Of a DNA stretch of 64,000 nucleotides, positions 31,581 to 41,725 are shown one piece after another (position 1 is the stretch's first letter; the number at the start of each line of letters is the position of its first letter). The stretch is from Nitrosopumilus sp. (GTDB lineage: Archaea > Thermoproteota > Nitrososphaeria > Nitrososphaerales > Nitrosopumilaceae). The DNA lies in NCBI GenBank assembly GCA_003702525.1, contig REGJ01000002.1, forward strand, positions 7,984-71,983, given 5' to 3'. A program made the position numbers and the translations under genes. The notes beneath the pieces are model-generated. The model searched no databases and was not told the origin of the DNA. It was given only the letters and a program-made list of their open reading frames with translations.

Positions 31581-31711
31581 TTTTTTTTTAAAATGAAATC
31601 TAATTTTTTAATTCTTTATCATTTAGGAATTCTTGATCCTGATAGGGATGAAGATGTTGATGATGAATAAACTTTCGAATTGTTTAATATCAGCTTAAAT
31701 GAATCCCATGT

Positions 31712-31834
31712 ATGGCTGAAGAATATTCATGTCCTTATTGTGAATCAATTTTTGAGAGTAAAGATGATCTTTCAAAGCATATAGATAGAATTCACGGAGA
31801 TTCTGGAGTTTTAGAAGGCTCAAAATCATCCTAA
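31712..31834 (+). CDS. 40-aa C2H2 zinc-finger microprotein
   Basis: Hand translation MAEEYSCPYCESIFESKDDLSKHIDRIHGDSGVLEGSKSS; TTTAATAT about 25-30 nt upstream. Confidence 0.85.
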   Translation: MAEEYSCPYCESIFESKDDLSKHIDRIHGDSGVLEGSKSS

Positions 31835-31899
31835 ACTTTTTTGTTAAAACTAAAATTTCTCTCAAGGTTTATAACCAAAAATTTTCCACATAACACGAA

Positions 31900-32280
31900 A
31901 TGGGACTAGTAAAAGAAGTGATAAAAGAAATCGGAAACAAATCACGGGAATTTTACGAATTTGTTTTACCACCAATTGACATGTATCTAAATTCTGATAA
32001 TCTCAAAGTGGTTATTGACATCCCAGGATTCTCAAAAAAGAATATCAAACTAACACTATGTGGAGATATTCTATCAATTCAAGCATGCAAAGAAGTAGAT
32101 GAAAAAGAATCTGAATCATTGATTTCAAAACAAAGACCAAATATTATCGACAAAAAAATCAGACTTCCAATTGACATCAAACAAGGTGAAGAAAAAATTG
32201 ATTCAGCAAAATACGAAGATGGTGTGTTAACACTATTGATTCCGGTAACTAAGAAAGGAAAAGATATCTCAATAGAATAA
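31900..32280 (+). CDS. Small heat-shock protein (Hsp20/Hsp14)
   Basis: DIPGF, AKYEDGVLTL, C-terminal ISIE motif. Confidence 0.92.
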   Translation: MGLVKEVIKEIGNKSREFYEFVLPPIDMYLNSDNLKVVIDIPGFSKKNIKLTLCGDILSIQACKEVDEKESESLISKQRPNIIDKKIRLPIDIKQGEEKIDSAKYEDGVLTLLIPVTKKGKDISIE

Positions 32281-32282
32281 AA

Positions 32283-33827
32283 TTAGTGTTTTCTAAAAAC
32301 TGCAGAACCTATCATTATTAGACCAGAAGCAATCATTCCAGAAATACCAAAGGTTTCATTTGTTTGATACAATAACACTGAACCAATAAAAATTGCAGAT
32401 GCAAAAATACTTCCACCAAGAAATACCATTGGCTTTTTTCTGTGCATTGAAAGTTTAGCTTCATCCATGAACTTTTCCATTTCAGGTCCTAAGCGTAATG
32501 CAGAATCAATTGATTTTGCAAACTTGTCAAAGGATATCTTTAGTTCTTCAACGTATGCCTTTGGAATCATGTTTTCTTCTTGAAGAATATTTTTTAGAAC
32601 TTTGACAAACTTGAAATCAACATCATGTGTCTTGTAGATTCCTTCAATTATTGATGCCATCCTCATGTAGAGAGCCAAATTCTTTGGTAAAACAAAGGGG
32701 AACTTACTCATTGTTTGATTTGCAAGCTCCATTAAGCTTTGAACTTCCATCTCATCAGGTTTGTTTCCATGCATTGCCTGAATTGATAGCTCAATTCCTT
32801 TTTCGATAACTTGTCGGTTATATTCAGGAGTGAGCATTCCGAGTTCTGCCATTGCATTAACTACTCTAGGAGGATTTTTCTCAACTAGTGCAAGATATAG
32901 TCTGATGAGTTTGTATCGGGTTTCATTGTTTATTCTACCAACCATACCATAGTCATAGAGAATTAATTTTCCATCATCAGTTACTGAGATATTTCCTGGA
33001 TGAGGATCTGCATGAAAAAGTGAATGTTTGAGAAGCATAGTAAAAAAGACCTTGTGAACATCAATTACTAACTGTTCTCTATCAACACCTTTCTCATCAA
33101 GTTCCTTAACGTTTGTGACCTTAATTCCTGGCAGATATTCCATAGTTAGAACATTTTTTGAAGAATAATCATCATAAACTGAAGGAACAATTACTTTGTC
33201 ATTGTTTTCCATATCTTGTTTGATTTTTTTCAGGTTTTGAGATTCGTTTGTGTAATCCATCTCTTCTTTTATGGTTTCAATAAATTGAGAAAGCATTGCT
33301 TTTGCTGAATACCTGAGATTAGGATCAACAAATCTCAAAGCAAGTGGGAGTATTTTTTTGAGAACTTTTAGATCCTCTCTTACAACTTGTTCAATGCCAG
33401 GGCGTTTTACTTTGATTACAATTTGCTGTCCAGAAATGGAACCACGGTAAACTTGGCCTAGTGAGGCTCCAGAAATGGAATTTGTGTCAATATCATCAAA
33501 TTTTTCATTAATTGGCCCTAGATCTTTTTCGATGATTGGTTTTACTTGTTCAAATGGTGCAGAAGGAACACTGTCTTGCAGTTTTGATAGTTCTTCAAGA
33601 TATGGTTGAGGTAGAATGTCTGCTCTAGATGAGAGCCATTGACCTAGTTTGATGTACACAGGCCCCAATGAGACAAAAGTATCAAGGGCTTTTCTTGCAT
33701 TTTTTCTAAATTGCTCAGAATCAATTGTGTTTTTTTCTTGTTGTGTCCATTTTTTTCTATCTTTACGTAGAGCCAAAATTGATGGTAAAAGTTTGATTAG
33801 CACATAGATTGTTCTTCCAGCAGACAT
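32283..33827 (-). CDS. ABC1/AarF/UbiB family atypical kinase
   Basis: LGPVYIKLGQ, ASLGQVY, HADPHPGN, DYGM. Confidence 0.93.
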   Translation of the reverse strand: MSAGRTIYVLIKLLPSILALRKDRKKWTQQEKNTIDSEQFRKNARKALDTFVSLGPVYIKLGQWLSSRADILPQPYLEELSKLQDSVPSAPFEQVKPIIEKDLGPINEKFDDIDTNSISGASLGQVYRGSISGQQIVIKVKRPGIEQVVREDLKVLKKILPLALRFVDPNLRYSAKAMLSQFIETIKEEMDYTNESQNLKKIKQDMENNDKVIVPSVYDDYSSKNVLTMEYLPGIKVTNVKELDEKGVDREQLVIDVHKVFFTMLLKHSLFHADPHPGNISVTDDGKLILYDYGMVGRINNETRYKLIRLYLALVEKNPPRVVNAMAELGMLTPEYNRQVIEKGIELSIQAMHGNKPDEMEVQSLMELANQTMSKFPFVLPKNLALYMRMASIIEGIYKTHDVDFKFVKVLKNILQEENMIPKAYVEELKISFDKFAKSIDSALRLGPEMEKFMDEAKLSMHRKKPMVFLGGSIFASAIFIGSVLLYQTNETFGISGMIASGLIMIGSAVFRKH

Positions 33828-33830
33828 GAT

Positions 33831-34214
33831 TTACTCCAGATAGTCTTTGATCTTTTTCGATGCAACATACCCAATGTATCCAGAGAGAACTGATGAAATC
33901 AATCCCGATGTTAAAGAAAGTTTTTTTGAATTATTATTAAAAATAGATTTTCCAATTGTAGAACCACCAAAAATTGCACATGCTAAACCAACCAATACTT
34001 CTGGTGCATCATAAACAAGATGACCAATAGGATCTTTTCTTGGATCAATTTTGTCAGTATGTACTAGAAATTTGTCATCATACTCTCTAATGTGTAAATT
34101 TCCATAACGATATTGTTTTAGTGCACCATTTGTTTGTCCAAGAACAGTTTCTTCAGCTCCATCAATCATGAATTCACGTAATTCTTTTGGAACTTCAATC
34201 TCATCAAATGGCAT
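33831..34214 (-). CDS. Hypothetical protein
   Basis: 127-aa ORF; LHIREYDD...HTDKIDP...GHL; hydrophobic C-terminus. Confidence 0.75.
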   Translation of the reverse strand: MPFDEIEVPKELREFMIDGAEETVLGQTNGALKQYRYGNLHIREYDDKFLVHTDKIDPRKDPIGHLVYDAPEVLVGLACAIFGGSTIGKSIFNNNSKKLSLTSGLISSVLSGYIGYVASKKIKDYLE

Positions 34215-34269
34215 GATCGCAAGATCGAGTAATTGCTTATATTTTTAGTGTAAAAAACAAAATACTCTA

Positions 34270-34458
34270 TTAATTTTTGAGCCTATCTTTTGTAAATATT
34301 ACAAAACTAGCTGCAAATGCTACAAGCATTCCAATTCCAGTTGCATATGCATAATTGAATCCAACTCCAGGATGGACTTCTTGATGATAATTGTTTATCA
34401 AAAATGTTGCAACTAACAAAATAGAACCAATTATTGTTAATTTTCTATGGGTTTCCAA
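34270..34458 (-). CDS. Small two-TM protein
   Basis: 62 aa with two hydrophobic segments. Confidence 0.65.
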   Translation of the reverse strand: METHRKLTIIGSILLVATFLINNYHQEVHPGVGFNYAYATGIGMLVAFAASFVIFTKDRLKN

Positions 34459-34626
34459 TAGTTATGATTTTGATAATTACTATATGAATTTAGAAAAATT
34501 ACAATAGTGGGGTTGTAATAAATCCCACAATACTACCAGTTAGAAATAGAAATATTCCCTTTGCCATATCTGATTCCCAGTTTAATAGGACATAATTACG
34601 ATATAAGTTTTGAATTGATTTTCAGA

Positions 34627-34968
34627 TCAAGGATTAGATTCCATTTCAGATAATCTTTGAATTACCTGTTCAAGTTCTCCCTTGTTATCATTAATTACAC
34701 GTTTTACAACTTCGATCTCTTCGTTGATTTGTTCCAATTGTTCATTATCAGAATTTTTTATTTGGTTTTCCAAGTCTTCTAAAACTTGTAGATTGTATTG
34801 ATTGATTTTTTCTAATTCATTTTTGTACTTTTCTAGTTTCACATACTGATCAGAAATTTCTGAAAGTTCAGGAATATCACTAATTTGTTGATTTGTCATA
34901 AAACCAGAGATGGCAACTATACCACCAATCACGATTGCTGCAATGATAATAACAATACTTATTTTCAT
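34627..34968 (-). CDS. Membrane-anchored coiled-coil protein
   Basis: ATG 34968 MKISIVIII...; heptad-rich E/Q/K body. Confidence 0.7.
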   Translation of the reverse strand: MKISIVIIIAAIVIGGIVAISGFMTNQQISDIPELSEISDQYVKLEKYKNELEKINQYNLQVLEDLENQIKNSDNEQLEQINEEIEVVKRVINDNKGELEQVIQRLSEMESNP

Positions 34969-35017
34969 TTTTGATGACTTTATTTCTCCAAAATAATAAT
35001 AAAAATTAATCATCAGT

Positions 35018-36313
35018 TTAAGCTACAGTTTTTTTACGCCTACGCATTATGTAAATTCCTGCAGCAATAGCAATTACAACTGGAATTATGATCATTGAAG
35101 AATCAGGAGCAGATTCATCATCATTTGTAGGTTCCTTTACAATAATAGTAGTCTCTTCAACAACAAAGAGCTCATCTCGAACTCCATCTTTGTATCTTAC
35201 AGTAATTGTAATGTCATGTTCTCCATATTCAGGCTCACCGTCAAACTCAATTGGAATGTTGAATGGCACAGGTGCATCTACCTCAATTTCATCAATAAAT
35301 TGAGTATCTGGCTTGATGTTAGAGTCACCTCTAGGCTCAATACTTACAAATCCAAATAAACCATCTTCATTTCCCTCATTGATGATCTCTCCTATAACCA
35401 TCTGTGTTCCAGATAATTCAATTACATCAATATTGAAGATTGTAAGGTCTATCAATCCTTTAATGTAAAAGTCTACAATTTTTGAAATTGTCTGTTGATC
35501 ACCATGTGCATTATAGAATGATATGGTCAAAGGGATTCTAAGAGTGTCATCTTTTAGTCCTTCTGGAACATAGACTGTTGCAGTAAGATGTCTAACAGAT
35601 TTTGGTGCAATGTTTCCAACATCCCAATTTGATTCTAAAATTACAACATTTTCCACATTGGTAGTTGAAGAGGCAGTAGATGCACGTTCTGTTTGAGTGT
35701 TTGATGCAACAATATCTACACTAGATATTGGTGCGGTACCATCATTTGCAATTTCAATTACAACATTGTTTGTTTTCAAGGAGGTAAGAAATGGTTCTAA
35801 TGCTCTTACGTTTATCACACTATCACCAGTTACCTTAAACTGAAAGTCTTCAAATGCAGCTCTAACACCAGATTCTCTTAATCTAGAATAATCAACCTTT
35901 ACTGTTCCAGGATATTGTTGAATAGTTACATTCTGATCGATATTTACAAAGAATGTTAGATGGAAATTTTCACCAGCTAGAGAGTTTGAATCACTATCAG
36001 CTTTAATTATTGAACCTGGTCCATCAGATGCTGAAAATCCAAATGGCAATGACAATTGTCCCTTTATCCCTGTAATGTCTTGGGTTCCAACATTTGCAAA
36101 TACTACAGTAAATGGAACATTACTATCTCCAGCTTCAACTTCAATTTTTTGGCCTACAGTACCAAAATATGCATCCAAGAATTTGACATCACCAAAGTCT
36201 CTCTCAAATGGAGAATCTCCAAATCCACCAGATGTGATTTGTGCATAGGAATTTCCTATGAAGAGTGGAACTAACATGAAAGAGAGTAACAAAAAGAGTA
36301 GTTTTTGATTCAT
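35018..36313 (-). CDS. COG1361 S-layer-family protein
   Basis: Signal peptide, repeated NxG Ig-like units, C-terminal TM + RRRKK; next to MacB/LolD-type ABC. Confidence 0.8.
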   Translation of the reverse strand: MNQKLLFLLLSFMLVPLFIGNSYAQITSGGFGDSPFERDFGDVKFLDAYFGTVGQKIEVEAGDSNVPFTVVFANVGTQDITGIKGQLSLPFGFSASDGPGSIIKADSDSNSLAGENFHLTFFVNIDQNVTIQQYPGTVKVDYSRLRESGVRAAFEDFQFKVTGDSVINVRALEPFLTSLKTNNVVIEIANDGTAPISSVDIVASNTQTERASTASSTTNVENVVILESNWDVGNIAPKSVRHLTATVYVPEGLKDDTLRIPLTISFYNAHGDQQTISKIVDFYIKGLIDLTIFNIDVIELSGTQMVIGEIINEGNEDGLFGFVSIEPRGDSNIKPDTQFIDEIEVDAPVPFNIPIEFDGEPEYGEHDITITVRYKDGVRDELFVVEETTIIVKEPTNDDESAPDSSMIIIPVVIAIAAGIYIMRRRKKTVA

Positions 36314-37017
36314 TATGCTAAAACCTCCATTTCAGATGGCATGTCACCTTCAAAGGCTTTACCATCTTTTATTGTGATAACTTTGTCTACATCTCCAAAA
36401 TGTTGACGATCGTGTGTAACAATAACAAATGTCTGATTGAGTTTTTTTGCCATAGATTTCATTAGTTGAACTATCGATTCAGATGTAACAGAATCAAGAT
36501 TTCCTGTTGGCTCATCAGCTAAAACAATTGAAGGGTTGTTAACGAGGCCTCTTGCAATTGCTACTCTTTGAGCTTGGCCACCAGAAATTTTATTTGCACG
36601 TTTGTTTATTTGATCTTCTAATCCAACTGCTTTTAGCAAATCTCTTGCATCTTTTTCAGCAGTACTATTTGTTCCTCCAATTTGTCGTGGCAACAAAACA
36701 TTCTCTAGAACTGTTAGATCAGAAAGTAAATTTGAGAATTGGAAGATAAATCCTAACTTCTTATTTCTAAATGAAGAGATTTTGTCATCATCAAGAGTAG
36801 TAGTATCAACTCCATCAATGAAGATCTTTCCAGTTGTAGGGCGGTCAAGTAAACCAATCAAATTAAGTAATGTGGATTTTCCTGAACCAGAACTTCCAAC
36901 AATTAAAACAACTTCACCTTGTTCAACTGAAAGAGTTGCATTATCAAGAGCTTTGACTTTATTTTCTCCATCTCCATAGATTTTAGATAAATTGTTAATT
37001 TCTAATACCTTAGACAG
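36313..37017 (-). CDS. LolD/MacB-type ABC ATP-binding protein (CTG start)
   Basis: Frame extends 52 codons upstream of listed ORF and contains Walker A GSSGSGKST; ISGGQAQR, LADEPTGNLD. Confidence 0.9.
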   Translation of the reverse strand: MSKVLEINNLSKIYGDGENKVKALDNATLSVEQGEVVLIVGSSGSGKSTLLNLIGLLDRPTTGKIFIDGVDTTTLDDDKISSFRNKKLGFIFQFSNLLSDLTVLENVLLPRQIGGTNSTAEKDARDLLKAVGLEDQINKRANKISGGQAQRVAIARGLVNNPSIVLADEPTGNLDSVTSESIVQLMKSMAKKLNQTFVIVTHDRQHFGDVDKVITIKDGKAFEGDMPSEMEVLA

Positions 37018-38197
37018 TTCTCATCGCCTCCACAGGTAATAGTTTGGTTGCTCTATACGACGGATAAAGTGACGCAATAATTGCCAGAATAAATGAAGTC
37101 AAGGCAGTTTGAATAATTTTCTCCCAGTTGTAGCTTACTTCAAGAGGCAAACTGTTGTTAAAGGACATTTTAGTTTCTTTTGCATAGAAAGTATATCCCA
37201 AGCCTGCAGCCGTGCCTACACCAGCACCAATTGCACCAATAATCATTCCTTGGAAGATAAAAATAATTAGAATATCTTTTCTCTTAGCACCAATAGATCT
37301 CATAACACCAATTTCACGAGTTTTTCCATTTACTAGCATCATCTGAATTGTTACAATAGCAAAAGCTGATGACATCATTCCAAAGTAACCAATCATGTTA
37401 ATCATTGCAATACCAGATCTAAAACCTGCTAGTTGTTCTTCAGCTGATTCTTCTATTGTTTCAGCTTTAAAATCATCATTTGGAAATGAACGTAAAAAAA
37501 ACTCTTTTATTTCATATGCTTTTGTAGGATCATTTAGTTTTACCATAAAAGATCCTGTATCACCTTGTCTATTCATCATGTCACGTAAAGTATCAATATG
37601 AATAACTGCAGTATAATCAAATCCTTGACCTCCAGGGGACTTTGCAATTCCTGAAACAGTGAATCTTCTAATTTGATCTTCTCCCCATCTATCAACTACC
37701 AGAACTTTTACACTGTCACCAACTTGAGCTCCTCCAAGATCTCTTGCAACATTAGAACCTAATACAATAGAATTTCTTGAAAAAACGTAACTTCCGTCTG
37801 CAATAGTTTCATGAACAGTTGATGCTCTAATATCTCTGAAAGGATCAACACCAACTAAAGGTACACGTGATTCTTCAACTAGTTTTCCATTTTTTGTCAT
37901 ATTCATTTCGGCAGTTGACGAAAGCCGCGGTGTGGCCGCCTCCACATAAGGAATTCTTTCAAACCAACTTACAACAGATAAATCAGATTTATCGATATAG
38001 TCAACTTCATCAGTTACAAGAATGTCGCCATTTCTATAATCACTAATATCTCGAACAATTGCATCAAACAATCCTTGAAAAATTACAAAATTTACATGAA
38101 TTACTAAAATTCCAATTGTAACAGCTAAAACTGCTCCAATCAAACTTCCTTTTTTGTTGAATAGCATTCTTTTTGCTAATGTTAATCGATATTCCAC
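37010..38197 (-). CDS. FtsX/MacB-family ABC permease
   Basis: TREIGVMRSIGA; YPSYRATKLLPVEAMR. Confidence 0.92.
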   Translation of the reverse strand: MEYRLTLAKRMLFNKKGSLIGAVLAVTIGILVIHVNFVIFQGLFDAIVRDISDYRNGDILVTDEVDYIDKSDLSVVSWFERIPYVEAATPRLSSTAEMNMTKNGKLVEESRVPLVGVDPFRDIRASTVHETIADGSYVFSRNSIVLGSNVARDLGGAQVGDSVKVLVVDRWGEDQIRRFTVSGIAKSPGGQGFDYTAVIHIDTLRDMMNRQGDTGSFMVKLNDPTKAYEIKEFFLRSFPNDDFKAETIEESAEEQLAGFRSGIAMINMIGYFGMMSSAFAIVTIQMMLVNGKTREIGVMRSIGAKRKDILIIFIFQGMIIGAIGAGVGTAAGLGYTFYAKETKMSFNNSLPLEVSYNWEKIIQTALTSFILAIIASLYPSYRATKLLPVEAMRTV

Positions 38198-38225
38198 GAG
38201 ATCATTAAAATAGTCTGATATTTAA

Positions 38226-38258
38226 TGTCTATGATACATAGTGCTAACAATATAGACA
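38226..38258. promoter_or_regulatory. Inverted repeat TGTCTAT-N19-ATAGACA, candidate operator
   Basis: Perfect 7-bp arms in divergent intergenic region between ABC operon and Lrp gene. Confidence 0.45.
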
Positions 38259-38313
38259 ATTTTATATGATATTAGTTATCTATGAATTGTAGAATAGTAT
38301 TGGAGATGACAAA

Positions 38314-39216
38314 GTGGACAATTTAGATATGAAAATTTTGAGTAGATTGCTCAATAATTGCAGAGAATCTGACAGACAGATTGGAAAAGAATTGGGAATT
38401 TCAGGAGGAGCAGTTCGAGTCAGAATAAAGAAAATGCAAGATAGTGGAATTATTGAGAAATTTTTCCTCAAAATTGAGCCACCAATTTTGGGTCATGGCG
38501 TATTGTACTTTGTAGTATCAGGAGAAAATGTTCAAGAAATTTTAGAACAAGTTAGTCTAGTAGGCGAACCATATATTGTAGTTCCATGTGTTGGCGGTGT
38601 AACAGTATGTGGCATTGCAGTTCAAGAAAATTTAGGACAAAAAATTGAACTTGCAAAAAAACTCATGAAAGATCTTAGAGTGTTGTCAATTTTTGAAGCT
38701 GAAAATTCAGTATTCAAATCTAATTTAACAAAAACAGATTTAGAAATTTTAGAAGAATTAATCAAAGAACCAAGACAAAAAATTGAAAAAATTGCAAAGA
38801 ATACAAATCTATCAACTAAGACTGTAACAAGATCTATAGAAAAATTACATAAAAATGATGGTTTTCAATTCACTTTAATTTATGACCCAACAAAAATTGA
38901 GGATTTTATTCCTCACGCAGTACTTTCATGGGTTGACGGGGATTTGAAAGAAACATTAGAAAACTTGAATGATACATTTTCAGAATCTTATTTACAAATT
39001 CCATTTATTGCAAAAAATCAAATTGTATTATTCTTGTATAGCGACAGTATATTCAAGATGGATGAACTAACACAAAAAATTAGAACAAGTAAAAATGTAA
39101 AATCAGCAGATTTGTTTATTCCTAAAAAAATCTCATTTTACACAAATTGGATGAAAAAATCAATTACAGAATCAAAAAAATCTCCAAAATTACATCTTTC
39201 ATATCAAACAAATTAA
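38314..39216 (+). CDS. Lrp/AsnC-family regulator with two HTH modules
   Basis: MDNLDMKIL...IGKELGISGGAVRVRI and LTKTDLEIL...IAKNTNLSTKTV. Confidence 0.88.
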   Translation: MDNLDMKILSRLLNNCRESDRQIGKELGISGGAVRVRIKKMQDSGIIEKFFLKIEPPILGHGVLYFVVSGENVQEILEQVSLVGEPYIVVPCVGGVTVCGIAVQENLGQKIELAKKLMKDLRVLSIFEAENSVFKSNLTKTDLEILEELIKEPRQKIEKIAKNTNLSTKTVTRSIEKLHKNDGFQFTLIYDPTKIEDFIPHAVLSWVDGDLKETLENLNDTFSESYLQIPFIAKNQIVLFLYSDSIFKMDELTQKIRTSKNVKSADLFIPKKISFYTNWMKKSITESKKSPKLHLSYQTN

Positions 39217-39241
39217 ATAATAATAATCTCTTCAAAAGTAT

Positions 39242-39757
39242 ATGAAGAGAAAAAAGATCTATGAAGGAAAAATTTTAGGTCTTAGTGTTTATGATGGAAA
39301 AATCGAAGGAAGAAAAGTAAAACGAGAAGTGATAGAGCACAGAGGAGCTGCTGCAATGCTTGCTTTTGATGAAGACAAAAAAGTCATTTTGGTAAAACAA
39401 CATAGATTTCCACATGGTTATGTTCTTGAGATACCTGCAGGTACATTAGAAAAGAAGGAGGAGCCAATCAAATGCGCATTCAGAGAATTAGAAGAAGAGA
39501 CAGGATATAGAGCAAAGAAAATGACGCCTCTAATCACGTACTATCCCTCAATTGGATACAATTCTGAGATAATTCACTGCTTTGTAGCCTCAGGACTAAA
39601 GAAAATTGCAGATTTGACACTTGATGATGATGAAATCCTATCAGTAGAAAAAGTAGACATGAAAAAACTACTCAGTATGATAAAGTCTGGAAAAATTCAA
39701 GATTCAAAGACAATATGTGCAGTTTTGACGTATGCTGCAAAAAAGAAACTATACTAA
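39242..39757 (+). CDS. NUDIX hydrolase (ADP-ribose pyrophosphatase-like)
   Basis: PAG...[10 protein letters not shown] Nudix box. Confidence 0.92.
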   Translation: MKRKKIYEGKILGLSVYDGKIEGRKVKREVIEHRGAAAMLAFDEDKKVILVKQHRFPHGYVLEIPAGTLEKKEEPIKCAFRELEEETGYRAKKMTPLITYYPSIGYNSEIIHCFVASGLKKIADLTLDDDEILSVEKVDMKKLLSMIKSGKIQDSKTICAVLTYAAKKKLY

Positions 39758-40738
39758 CTATTCATTATAGATTGGTTGTACAAGATCTGCAACATCAGCC
39801 CAAGATTGAGCAATTCTCTCAAACATAAACACCATATCAAGAAAATCGATTGGGATTTCTTTTTTGTTACCTAATGATGTTCTAAGATTAGAAAGTTGTT
39901 CTTCAAATTTTTTATGCAAAGATATGGCTTCGATTGCTAAAAGTCTATCAGGTTTTGTAAAAGCATCAATTGATTTTTCTGCTAATTGATTAAAATTTTT
40001 GACAACATCATGGATTTTTTTGTATTGTTCTTTTGACAAAGATGAATTATAGATAAAATCAGATAGCTCTACAATAGAGTCACCAGTATTTTCAAGAACA
40101 TTTGCTGCAACTCTATAATCAAGAACATCAATATTTTCTAAATTAAATGCATTTGCCAATCTCTTATCAACAAGGGTGCTACGAATTAATCTTACAAGTA
40201 AAAAGTATTGTCTATTTACTTCAGCATCACGTTTTGATAATGTTTGTAAATTTGATTTATCATCTGCAATCAATCCATTTGTTGCATCATCATACATTCC
40301 AATTGCAATAGAACTCATACGTTTGAGTATTTTTTCAGGATTAAGTGTAGTTGAATCTAATAAAAACTGCATGTTGACATGTGATGCATCTTCTTCAATT
40401 ATTTCCATTCCAACAAGTCTTCTCATAGAATTACGAATTTTTTCTCGGTCCTCACCAGGGATAGTAGAATCAGAAGCAATCTCAATAATATCATATCCTA
40501 AAAGATAAGCACCTGTAATGTCAGCTACAATGTTTTCTTCTTTTGGCAATGGGTATGAGATTACAAGTTCTTTTGTTGGGCGAGTTTCTTTATTTGCAGA
40601 AATTGAGATGCTATCCTGACCAGTTTCAATCTCAACCTGACTGCTTTTGTCTAGATTGTTTGCATCAACCCATTCCTTTGGAAGAGACACTAAAATGCTA
40701 CTTCCAATTCTTTGTAGGCGTCTAACAAATTTAGTCAA
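39758..40738 (-). CDS. phoU: AbrB-PhoU phosphate uptake regulator
   Basis: RRLQRIGSSILVSLPKEW AbrB domain plus two PhoU repeats. Confidence 0.88.
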   Translation of the reverse strand: MTKFVRRLQRIGSSILVSLPKEWVDANNLDKSSQVEIETGQDSISISANKETRPTKELVISYPLPKEENIVADITGAYLLGYDIIEIASDSTIPGEDREKIRNSMRRLVGMEIIEEDASHVNMQFLLDSTTLNPEKILKRMSSIAIGMYDDATNGLIADDKSNLQTLSKRDAEVNRQYFLLVRLIRSTLVDKRLANAFNLENIDVLDYRVAANVLENTGDSIVELSDFIYNSSLSKEQYKKIHDVVKNFNQLAEKSIDAFTKPDRLLAIEAISLHKKFEEQLSNLRTSLGNKKEIPIDFLDMVFMFERIAQSWADVADLVQPIYNE

Positions 40739-40803
40739 TTTATACTAATTTAATTAATTTAAGCCATATTCTTATATTTTGTGTAAAATTTAAACCCAGA
40801 TCA

Positions 40804-41715
40804 ATGGAGGGAACAGCATTTTGTCCTGCACACATTACAGGTTTCTTCAAGGCTCACTTGGAAAATAATCAGGATAAGTTAGAAAGTTTAGGCTCAATGG
40901 GGGCAGGATTTTCAATCAAACAAGGTGTTACAACTAGAGTAACAATTGATAAAAAAAATAATCATGATTCAAATTTCAAGATTACAACAAAAGGATATCA
41001 ATCTGACAAAACAGATGTTTCAGAATTTGTATTAAACGAATTTCTAAAAATTGGAAACTTTGAAGATAAATTCTTTGATATTGAACATGAGATTTCAATT
41101 CCTGTTGGATATGGTTTAGGTTCTAGTAGTGCTGTTGCATTATCATTATCATTTGCATTAGATCAAGCACTTGATACAAAATTAGAAAAAAATAAAATTG
41201 GACAAATTGCACACAATGCAGAAGTTAATTGTAAAACTGGATTAGGGGATGTATTAGCATCATTTCATGGAGGCTTTGAAGTTCGTGTAAAACCAGGAGC
41301 TCCAGGAATTGGAACAGTTGAAAAAATTTCTACAGATAAAATTTCAGTTATCATGATTTGCTTTTCACCAATTTCAACTAACAAATTCATCAAAGAAAGA
41401 CTTTCTCAGATTAATGGACTTGGCGGAAAGATGGTTAATAGATTATTAGAATCAAAAGATTATCAACACTTTCAGGATATGTCATTAGAATTTGCAAAAT
41501 ATGTAGATGTGATGACACCTAGAATGCAAAAAATTGTAAACGAATTAACTCAGAATGGAATGAAATGTGGAATTGCGCTTTTTGGAGAAACAATTTTTTC
41601 AATGATTCCAAAAGAAGACGAAGATAAAGTTTTAGAAATTTTAGAAAAATATTCTGATGGCGTAATAATAAATTCAGAACTAGACAATATCGGAGCAAGA
41701 GTTCTAAATAATTAA
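40804..41715 (+). CDS. Pantoate kinase (GHMP family)
   Basis: PAHITGFF, PVGYGLGSS, TGLGDV; CoA cluster context. Confidence 0.9.
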   Translation: MEGTAFCPAHITGFFKAHLENNQDKLESLGSMGAGFSIKQGVTTRVTIDKKNNHDSNFKITTKGYQSDKTDVSEFVLNEFLKIGNFEDKFFDIEHEISIPVGYGLGSSSAVALSLSFALDQALDTKLEKNKIGQIAHNAEVNCKTGLGDVLASFHGGFEVRVKPGAPGIGTVEKISTDKISVIMICFSPISTNKFIKERLSQINGLGGKMVNRLLESKDYQHFQDMSLEFAKYVDVMTPRMQKIVNELTQNGMKCGIALFGETIFSMIPKEDEDKVLEILEKYSDGVIINSELDNIGARVLNN

Positions 41716-41725
41716 TTGAAGTCTG

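Noticed and set aside
31593-31670. 25-aa ORF MKSNFLILYHLGILDPDRDEDVDDE
   Set aside because: Too short, with no clear promoter or motif; cannot be supported
34499-34567. 22-aa hydrophobic minus-strand ORF MAKGIFLFLTGSIVGFITTPLL
   Set aside because: Could be a peptide or gene remnant, but evidence is insufficient
36862-37010. Apparent truncated/pseudogene ABC ATPase lacking Walker A
   Set aside because: The frame is open upstream and contains Walker A; explained by a CTG start
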